In this document: one piece after another, positions 53,380 to 64,000 of the stretch
How the letters are laid out: every line of letters starts with the position of its first letter
Numbering within the stretch: the stretch's first letter is position 1
DNA from: Haliotis rufescens
Lineage: Eukaryota
NCBI RefSeq assembly: GCF_023055435.1
Contig: NW_025964383.1
Location: 17,670,001-17,734,000 of the forward strand
Direction: 5' to 3'
DNA: 64,000 bases
Notes under the pieces: model-generated
What the model was told of the DNA's origin: nothing
The model's input: only the letters and a program-made list of their open reading frames with translations
Database searches by the model: none
Program-made: the position numbers and the translations under genes

Positions 53380-55335
53380 CCGACGATTACAAAACTAAAC
53401 ATTAACGCGTGGCACACTTTGGCAGCAGATATGCATACTTGTTTACTACATATGTATATTCTGCCTACAGGAATGTTTGGTTCGTTGGATATGGTTGGTT
53501 AGATGTATATGCCAATAAACCATTTTAAAACAATTGGTCCAAAACAACATGGAACAGGAGGTTTTATTTTACATTAAATATGTCTGCAGCACTACCATCA
53601 TTTCGTTTATTTATAAATGGTATTGACAGTTTTATCGTTGTTATCGTCACCTGATTAAATGGTAAAGTTGAAAGATATTCAAGACACACGTCCCAATCAA
53701 AGGTTTGAAAGGCAAGCTAGAACAGATTATGGAAAGACGTTGTCAAACAGTCAAAGGCAATGTTGAAATATCGAAGCCACTCATTGTGTTCCATAACCAC
53801 AATATCACTGGCTTTGAAGGAAGCGTTGAAATATAAAGTATCCACATACGGTTGGAAGTCTGTGGGTGCAAAGTAAGGGTTGAATGATACACAGTTGATG
53901 ATCAGTGTCTAACCGTCACTGGGGTCCAAAGGATATTCAAAATATAAAAGGACATTCGTTCTCACATCATTATATGGTTTAATGGAAGAATTGAAATACT
54001 TGTACATTTGCAAATCTCGTTGCTTGTCATCGGCTCAAAGGGAGAGTTGAAGTATAAAAAGATGTGCCTCGTTGTCAGGGGATTTCAAGGGAGAGTTGAA
54101 ATATGAATGAGTTCTTCAGGACAGGTACTTAGCTAGTGCATTAATATGAAGAGTGATCAACAACTGATTAAGGTGCCTAAATATATTATATTTAATGCCA
54201 CTATTCACAATTTCAAATGGCAAAAAATGTCGGACTGCTATAAAACTAACTACTCGAAGTGAATATAAAACAACGCGCGTTAAAGGTTTAGTCATCAGTT
54301 TCGACTGGTATGTATTATCACTGACATTATGTATTTAAGGCAATGTGCCAAGTCTCGATCTGCTATCAGGAAAACAGGGATACGATGACATGCATCAACC
54401 AAGTCAGCGAGTCTGACCACCCGAAATCGTTAGTCGCCTCTTGCGAGAACCACCTCTTACAACAATACTAATGAATACTATCACAGTATGTTTGGAAAAT
54501 ACTGCATATCTTCACACGAGGCGACTAACGGGATCGGGTGGTCAGGCTCGCTGACTTGGTTGTGCATGTCATTGTATCCCAATTGCGTGGATCGATGCTC
54601 ATGATGTCAATCACTGGATTGTCTGGTTCAGTCTCGATTATTTACAGACCGCCGTCATATAGCTGGAATATTGCTGAGTGCGGCATTTAACCACAGTGAC
54701 AAATCGAATTCAATTATGAAAATAAAGGAAATTAGCTACGGTTTTCTTTGATCGAAAAGGCGAATTGTTTTGCGACTAGTTTCCTCTATATAATGTGTCT
54801 TTACGCATGTTTTGTGACCATAGCAACATCCCACAGAATACAAAGATGTCAAAAATGTGCAGGGAATGGGGGTGGGGGTTATTCATGTTCAACAAATTAC
54901 TGCTAAAATGCAATATATTGTGGTACATATCGCAATACATGAATCATTATTGCAATCAAATTGCAATATGAAATTCAGGTCAAGGCCCATCACTGTTGAC
55001 AACCTATTCTTCTTCGAAATTCCATGGGGATATTTAGCAGTAGTCAGTTGGGTGTTCACGCCCCTTTGAAATGTTAATGTCTCACTCGAATGTCTCTCCC
55101 TATTGTTCCATCAAATTAAGTAGTTATACAGATTTATTGGAAAGTCGAATAATTGTGGGCGTATAATTCAGTTCACGGAATTCCTCGTAACCTTTTCAGT
55201 TGACACATGACTTGGAAGGATGATTACTCTTGCAATTGAAACAAATTGGAAAAACCATTATCTTTTCTGAATACTTCTTATATAAAAACCTGGGATGTTC
55301 TGTGACATCGTTCACATCGACTGCATGCTGCCAGG

Positions 55336-58300
55336 ATGAAGTTTGTGATGTTTGTTGCTGCTGTTCTCCTCTCATCTGGTAGGTAACCATTATACTGTAG
55401 CATGTTTCAGTATGTATACATGACAGACTAACGAAACGAGTTGCATACCATAAGCATGCCAGCCGGCACATAATGATCGTTGATTTAAATCCCAGATACA
55501 TCCTCATCATAATCCTTACCACGCTACCTCATTACACTGGTCTATAACAGAAAACTGTTAAAAGCGGCGTTTAGTATCACATGCAATGATTCCGTCGATG
55601 TGGTCACTTTGTGTGGACGCTAGTTGACATATATGTGTTACAACTTGCTGTGTTTCTCGAGAATGCATAATTGTCAACAACTTTTGGTTGGATCTAAAAC
55701 AATTCTTAACTGATGTACAATATTGATAATAAGTCTTTTGGGATGCTTAATAACATCTTTCTCAATAATATTGTAATAGCAGCAATACGACACATTGACA
55801 TATGAGTATAAAATGGTTAAAGGCCTGCTTCTCCAAATTCATAAAAGTTATTATTATAATTATTATTATTATTATTATTATTATATTAATATTATGTCGA
55901 AGAATGTATTGCCAGAAGAAATAATACAATACATCGCTTCAACGTGAAAGGGGGACTTTTTGTTGATATATTAAATCCCCGTACATAACACCTCATACTT
56001 TTCTCTTCATATATAATAAATCCACTACAACAGCATTTAATCACTAGTTGATATGGATTCATCAATTCATGCTCACCATAACGTCGGAATCGTACAATCG
56101 AGACTTTTTTTTGAATACGGAAAGGTTTTTGTCGCTTTTATTCAAGTTTCCTATCATGTATTTTACCACGAGCAAAATTATGCGATACATACCACATTAT
56201 ATTGAAGTCTTGGTAAAGACTATTACGGCAATATTACCTTCGCTGACAATTATATCCTTCTCTGTGTAACCTTCCAGTGTCCGGTCTTGAGTGGCCTACG
56301 AGAAGAGAGATTGTACCAGCTACATCTAGTGCATGTCAGAACGTTTATGCACAAATATTGGGGATCATGTTTAGACCAAGGTTTAGCAATCTTATCGAAG
56401 ATGGCAGACTGAGCCTTGATTGCAGGTAAGTATCGTAATTCGCTAATAAAAGCTTTTAAAAACAATAATTGTTAAGCTGTTTCCTTTCAGAGAAAGTAAT
56501 CGTCAACCTCTGACGAGTGAGTGAGTGAGTGAGTTAAAATTTAACGTCGCATCGGCATTATTCCAGCCATATTGCGACGAGACCAAATTTATAAGTTTAC
56601 AATTGAGTCATTTATGCAAAGTTATATTTAAAAACAATTTACGAAACATATTTGAACATAACAATATCATGCATACATTTTTAAAACACGGGCTAATGGC
56701 CACTGGTAACCAAAGCTAGGCCACCTCGCTGGGGATCATGGGGACTTACAGTACCTCGGCTTCCTGCATGATACCCCAGCAGGATTTACGGCATCACTTT
56801 AGCTACTGGTGGTTGTGCATAATATTAGCCAATATTAAAAACTACTCAGCAATCAGTAGGCTTAAAAACACTGATTTATCATATTTACTGTCATGAAAAT
56901 CATTCCAAGGTCCAGTGGATTGCTGAAAAGGTGTTCTAACAAGGATATCAGTCCACTTTCAGTAATTATGCATATCGTAACTCTCCGATAGCCTAGAGTG
57001 TTATTAATGTCTACTCTTGATATTTGAATTTGCCACCTTTGTACTGCCATGGAGACATGAACAATTGCCATGCATCGGTAGTTCGAGCAACCATTACACT
57101 CATTAAGCGTAACCATACAATCCCATCCGTATGTTATATGCTTACATAGTAGAAGTCGGGTAAAGTTACAAGAGTCATTTAATAAATATGACAACTTCTT
57201 ACTAACTATTATTTAATGTGCCATATTGATAAAGCTGTTATTATTTTCACCGAACCACCGCAGCATTGATAATGAAGAGGTTGGCACACATACACATTAA
57301 CTGAATTACCAACGACTTACATTCTACCTTCAGAATATAATTCGAATGTTAGGCAGAAAGACTTGAAATAAATATTTTCTCTTTCCAGCCAGCAGACATT
57401 GACAATGGCAGATGAATGCCAACGATCAGGGTATTTGAGAAGATCACATTTCAGAGTTGAACATCTGAACATTGCCCTCAATACCTTCTGTAGCCACAAA
57501 CCAGGTATACGCATGTCCAGTTTTCTATGAGCAGCTGCTTCTGAAATGTTAGCCCGTGTACCACCTTGAGTGACATGTTGATTCCTTAAATTAATTGACA
57601 ATGCTATCCAAGATTACTACGATTTATTATGGCAGATGTGTTTAACTTTACAAGACCTTCATAAAAAATTATCAGATGCTATGTGTTGAATTCATCAAAT
57701 CTTACAGAAATCGAAGGAGAGGCGTCATGTTGGACCAGTGAAGAATTGCCGGACACTGTTGTTTCATGTTCACAACAAGACAGGTAGGGTGACTGTACAA
57801 GTGTCCATTGACATCTACTGAATAATACCTTAAGACAACTTAAACAGGCAGATTAACTATACCTTCTGTACATCTAGATGTCTAGATAAAACATATGGAT
57901 TGATAGACTATACAATGCGCACATCTTGAAGCCGAATTATAACATACATGGATAGGTGAACTGTTTATTGTGTACATCTACAGGTGAAATCATAATAGGT
58001 GAAATAGGATTCCCTTTGTCACAAAATGACGGGGCAGCTCTAACTGTAAGCAGGTTCCCCAAGTGTGATGGTCCCAGTGTTTGTGTTACTAACAGCATCG
58101 ACACAATGCCCCTATATATATATGAGTATGTGAGTGAGTATGCTTTTACGTCCCTTGGGCACACAAGAAACCTACGATTGTGAGTTCGATTATGTTCCTT
58201 CGATTATGTTCCTAGGTTGTCAGCACCATAGTATTACCTGAATCACTTTGGGCTTTCCTCCAAAACTAAGCTGACTTCCCGTGATATAATTGCAATTCTG

Positions 58301-58957
58301 TCAAAAGCTGCGTTAAACCCAACTCACTCACTCACTAGTCACAAATGCCCTATTGATCAAGGTATTAAGTATTTCCTGAAGTTGGGATAGTGGTGTACTA
58401 AGTTAAACAATTAAATAATCGGACATGATTGAACTTTGTTGTTTTCTGAGAGTAAATAATTCAAGCCAATCCGCTGAGTTTTTAGATTTCACATGGTCTT
58501 AATGCCATTTGTGTGAGATATGTGTGAATATAAAGAAAGACCTTCCTTCTTAGTATTAAGGGTAATGGTAAATCTTTGAGACAGGCATTCGGGGTACATT
58601 TGTTGGACCAAGCAAAATATTTCTCTTCGCAGTGGAAACATCATCTAAGACCTGCCTCACTTCCGGTTTTCCTCCCCCAAGTTGACCTAAATAACAAATT
58701 TGCACCTTTATTATTATAATAAAAAAGACACTTGTGACGAGATAATTGCAATATATGAATCAAATCTCTCCATTAACGCGAGTGCCATATTTGGCAACAA
58801 GATGTACAATATACATGTTATTATTTACTAAATATGTTTATTCTGTTTCAGGCGTGCTTTTGCTGAGTGTGCTGACCAAAATGTGAGCAATCTCAGAAAG
58901 TGCACCAACACCACTGGCGCCATCTTCCGGCAGCTGATTTTGGGTGTTTTTCCTTAG
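55336..58957 (+). CDS. Copy 8: intact 5-exon gene, 162 aa
   Basis: join(55336-55378,56278-56425,57389-57504,57708-57783,58852-58957). Exon 3 QQTLTMADECQRSGYLRRSHFRVEHLNIALNTFCSHKP. TATA 55279, AATAAA 59023. Confidence 0.88.
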
Positions 58958-59558
58958 ACGTATCCATGCAAACACACCTTCCGATAAAAGTGGAGCAAAA
59001 CATCATGTTATGTTTGAATCTTAATAAATGAGTCTGAATTTCGACCATCGTTTCTTTAGCATTCTAGTAGCATGCCTGTGTTTCTGGTACATAGCACTTT
59101 TTGTCAAATGTCGACTACGCGAGAATGCGACATTTGGACATGATGCAAAATCTCGCAATCCCGCAATCTGGACTTGTCAAATTAGGCCACAAAAACACGA
59201 AATCGCGAGAATGCGACAATTCATTTTCTCGCGTTTTAGACACTGTCCGTGCGCATGCGTAATATCATAAGGGTCAAGGCCCATGCCAACATCAGAAGTC
59301 CTGTTGTCATGCTTCTTTCATGCTCTGTATTGTCCAAGTAGCATTTAGCAAACTTATGACTTGAGCTTGAAAATTCTATGTAATGTTCATACACAAAGTC
59401 TTATGTAGTGTATTCAAGTCCTCTCCCGTTTGTTACAGTCTTATTAAGACCATCAACATACTCAGTATAATTTAACAAAAGACAGTGATACCAATACTTT
59501 GATATTAGATATTATGTGTTCATTTCGGGAAGATGCGTAGATCAGTCAAAGAACACTA

Positions 59559-59590
<32 letters not shown>

Positions 59591-59607
59591 AACTACTACT
59601 ACTGCTG

Positions 59608-59644
<37 letters not shown>

Positions 59645-61484
59645 ATCATAACAATACGTCCGACGATTACAAAACTAAACATTAACGCGTTGCACACTTT
59701 GGCAGCAGATATGCATACCTCTTTACTACATATGTATATTCTGCCTACAGGAATGTTTGGTTCGTTGGATCTGGTTGGTTAGATGTATATGCCAATAAAC
59801 CATTTAAAAACTATTGGTCCAACATGGAACAGGAGGTTTTATTTTACATTAAATATGTCTGCAGCACTACCATCATTTCGTTTATTTATAAATGGTATTG
59901 ACAGTTTTATCGTTGTTATCGTCACCTGATTAAAATGGTAAAGTTGAAAGATATTCAAGACACACGTCCCAATCAAAGGTTTGAAAGGCAAGCTAGAACA
60001 TATTGTGGTAAGACGTTGTCAAACAGTCAAAGGCAATGTTGAAATATCGAAGCCACTCATTGTGTTCCATAACCACAATATCACTGGCTTTGAAGGAAGC
60101 GTTGAAATATAAAGTATCCACATACGGTTGGAAGTCTATGGGTGCAAAGTAAGGGTTGAATGATACACAGTTGATGATCAGTGTCTAACCGTCACTGGGG
60201 TCCAAAGGATATTCAAAATATAAAAGGACATTCGTTCTCACATCATTATATGGTTTAATGGAAGAATTGAAATACTTGTACATTTGCGAATCGCGTTGCT
60301 TGTCATCGGGTCAAAGGGAGAGTTGAAGTATAAAAAGATGTGCCTCGTTGTCAGGGGATTTCAAGGGAGAGTTGAAATATGAATGCGTTCTTCAGAACAG
60401 GTACTTAGCTAGTGCATTAATATGAAGGTTGATCAACAACTGATTAAGGGGCCTAAATATATTATATTTAATGCCACTTTTAACAATTTCAAATGGCCAA
60501 AAAATGTCGGACTGCTATAAAACTAACTACTCGAAGTGAATATATAAAACAACGCGCGTTGAAGGTTTAGTCATCAGTTTCGACTGGTATGTATTATCGC
60601 TGACATTACGTATTTAAGGCAATGTGCCAAGTCTCGATCTGATGTCAGGAAAACAGGGATAGGATGACATGCATCAACCAAGTCAGCGAGTCTGACCACC
60701 CGATGACGTTAGCCGCCTCTTGCGACAACCACCTGTTACGACGATACTAATGAATACTATCACAGTATGTTTGGAAAATACCGGTATATTGTGTTTTTCC
60801 AACATCTTGCGTATCTTCACACCAGGCGACTAACGGGATCGGGTGGTCAGACTCGCTCACTTGGTTGATGCATGTCATTGTATCCCAATTGCGTGGATCG
60901 ATGCTCATGATGTCAATCACTGGATTGTCTGGTTCAGTCTCGATTATTTACAGACCGCCGTCATATAGCTGGAATATTGCTGAGTGCGGCGTTTAACAAC
61001 AAACAAACAAACAAAAACACCTGATAGAAAACTTTACACAAGCATGTGATATGTGACAAATCGAATTCAATTATGAAAATAAAGGAATCGTTTTCTTTGA
61101 TCGAAAAGGCGAATTGTTGAAATTCAGGTCAAGGCCCATCACTGTTGACAACCTATTCTTCTTCGAAATTCCATGGGGATATTTAGCAGTAGTCAGTTGG
61201 GTGTTCATGCCCCTGTGAAATGTTAATGTCTCACTTGAATGTCTCTCCCTATTGTTCCATCAAATTAGTTAGTTATACATATATATAGGAAAGTCGAATA
61301 ATTGTGGACGTATAATTCAGTTTATGGAATTCCTCGTAACCTTTTCAGTTGACACATGACTTGGAAGGATGATTACTCTTGCAATTGAAACAAATTGGAA
61401 AAATCATTATCTTTTCTGAATACTTCTTATATAAAAACCTGGGATGTTCTGTGACATCGTTCACATCGACTGCATGCTGCCAGG

Positions 61485-61995
61485 ATGAAGTTTGTGATGT
61501 GTGTTGCTACTGTTCTCCTCTCATCTGGTAGGTAACCGTTATACTGTAGCATGTTTCAGTATTTATACATGACAGACTAACGAAACGAGTTGCATACCAT
61601 AAGCATGCCAGCCAGCACATAATGATCGTTGATTTAAATCCCAGATACATCCTCATCATAATCCTTACCACGCTACCTCATTACACTGGTCTATAACAGA
61701 AAACTGTTAAAAGCGGCGTTTAGTATCACATGCAATGATTCCGTCGATGTGGTCACTTTGTGTGGACGCTAGTTGACATATATGTGTTACAACTTGCTGT
61801 GTTTCTCGAGAATGCATAATTGTCAACAACTTTTGGTTGGATCTAAAACAATTCTTAACTGATGTACAATATTGATAATAAGTCTTTTGGGATGCTTAAT
61901 AACATCTTTCTCAATAATATTGTAATAGCAGCAATACGACACATTGACATATGAGTATAAAATGGTTAAAGGCCTGCTTCTCTAAATTCATAAAA

Positions 61996-62047
<52 letters not shown>

Positions 62048-63910
62048 TAATATTATGTCGAAGAATGTATTGCCAGAAGAAATAATACAATACATCGCTT
62101 CAACGTGAAATGGGGACTTTTTGTTGATATATTAAATCCCCGTACATAACACCTCATACTTTTATCTTCATATATAATAAATCCACTACAACAGCGTTTA
62201 ATCACTAGTTGATATTGATTCATCAACACATGCTCACCATATCGTCGGAATCGTACGATGGAGACTTATTTTTGAATACGGAAAGTTTTTGTCGCTTTTA
62301 TTCAAGTTTCCTATCATGTATTTTACCACCAGCAAAATTGTGCGATACATACTACATTATATTGAAGTCTTCGCAGACAATTATATCCTTCTCTGTGTGA
62401 CCTTCCAGTGTCCGGTCTTGAGTGGCCTACGAGGAGAGAGATTGTACCAGCTACATCTAGTGCATGTCAGAACGTTTATGCACAAATATTTGGGATCATG
62501 GTAAGACCAAGGTTTAGCAATCTTATCGAAGATGGCAGACTGAGCCTTGATTGCAGGTAAGTATCGTAATTAGCTAATAAAATATTTTAAAATAATTAAT
62601 TTTTAAGCTGTTTCCTTTCAGAGAAAGTATTCGTCAACCTCTGACGAGTGAGTGAGTGAGTTAAAATTTAACGTCGCATCGGCATTATTCCAGCCATATT
62701 GCGACGAGACCAAGTTAATAAGTTTACAGTTGAGTCGTTTATGCAAAGTTACATTTAAAAACAATTTATGAAACATATTTGAGCATAACAATATCATGCA
62801 TACATTTTTAAAACACAGGCTAATGCCCACCGATAACCAAAGCTAGGCCACCTCGCTGGGGATCATGAGGACTTACAGTACCTCGGCTTCCTTCATAATA
62901 CCCCTGCAGGATTTACGGCATCACTTTAGCTACTGATGGTTGTGCATAATACTAGCCAATATTAAAAAATATTCAGCAATTAGTAGGCTTAAAAACACTG
63001 GTTTATGATATATCATATCATGAAAATCATTCCAAGGTCTAGTCGATTGCTGAAAAGTTGTTCTAATAAGGATATCAGTCCACTTTCAGTAATTGTGTTT
63101 ATCGTAACTCTCCGATAGCCTAGAGTGTTATTGATGTCAACTATTGATATTTGAATTTGCCACCTTTGTACTGCCATGGAGACATGAACAATTGCCATGC
63201 ATCTGCAGTTTGAGCAACCATTACACTCATTAATCGTAACCATACAATCCCATCCGTATGTGATATGCTACATAGTAGAAGTCGGGTAAAGTTACAAGAG
63301 TCGTTTTGTAAATATGACAACTTCTTACTAACTATTGTTTAATGTGCCATATTGATAAAGCTGTTATTATTTTCACCGAACCACCGCAGCATTGATAATG
63401 AAGAGGTTGGCACACATACACATTAACTTAATTACCAACGACTTACATTCTACCTTCAGAATATAATTCGAATGTTAGGCAGAAAGACTATAAATAAATA
63501 TTTTCTCTTTCCAGCCAGCAGACATTGACAATGGCAGATGAATGCCAACGATCAGGGTATTTGAGAAGATCACATTTCAGAGTTGAACATCTGAACATTG
63601 CCCTCAATACCTTCTGTAGCCACAAACCAGGTATACGCATGTCCAGTTTTCTATGAGCAGCTGCTTCTGAAATGTTAGCCCGTGTACCGCATTGAGTGAC
63701 ATGTTGATTCCTTAAATTAATTGACAATGCTATCCAAGATTTACTACGATTTACTATGGCAGATGTGTTTAACTTTACAAGGCCTTCATAAATAGCTATC
63801 AGATGTTATGTGTTGAATTCATCAAATCTTACAGAAATCGAGGGAGAGGCGTCATGTTGGACCAGTGAAGAATTGCCAGAGACTGTTGTTTCATGTTCAC
63901 AACAAGACAG
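61485..63910 (+). CDS. Copy 9: exons 1-4 intact; exon 5 lies beyond the window end
   Basis: join(61485-61527,62409-62556,63515-63630,63835-63910), open with canonical splice sites. TATA 61428. Confidence 0.82.
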
Positions 63911-64000
63911 GTAGGGTGACTGTACAAGTGTTCATTGACATCTACTGAATAATACCTTAAGACAACTTAAACAGGCAGATTAACTATACCTTCTGTACAT

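Larger units (their letters stand above)
1..64000 (+). repeat. Tandem array of ~6.1-8.3 kb gene-containing units (9 gene starts plus the tail of a previous unit)
   Basis: The same ordered landmarks recur throughout: (TAC)n, inverted repeat, G-tract, TATA, exons, SINEs. ATGs lie at 3468, 10797, 17179, 24737, 33057, 40903, 48641, 55336, 61485 (spacing 7329, 6382, 7558, 8320, 7846, 7738, 6695, 6149). Confidence 0.98.

Noticed and set aside
3468-63910. One giant gene with Dscam-like mutually exclusive exons
   Set aside because: Each unit has its own TATA, ATG exon, stop and polyA signal, so separate genes are simpler. Inter-unit splicing is phase-compatible but unsupported.

Overview
Eukaryotic, AT-rich genomic DNA. 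The SINE-like repeats resemble those I recall from gastropod molluscs, most likely abalone (Haliotis); this is inference. The whole window is a head-to-tail array of 6.1-8.3 kb units. None of the supplied ORFs is the real gene. Each unit carries a spliced five-exon + strand gene (exons 43/148/116/76/106 nt, phases 1-2-1-2, GT-AG introns), with TATATAAA 57 nt before the ATG and AATAAA about 66 nt after the stop. It encodes a 162-aa putatively secreted protein with a signal peptide and eight invariant Cys that I do not recognise as a named family. Nine copies start in the window, plus the last exon of a tenth (copy 0): six are intact, two are disabled and one runs off the end. Paralogs show a hypervariable, almost purely non-synonymous segment in exon 3, in-frame indels, mosaicism consistent with gene conversion or unequal crossover, and a recent ~21-22 kb three-unit duplication. 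This is consistent with a diversifying secreted-protein family evolving by birth and death. Units also contain tRNA-derived SINEs with TSDs, a SINE-like element, microsatellites, a G-rich upstream tract, an inverted repeat and one 136-nt N gap. Coordinates and translations were read by hand.
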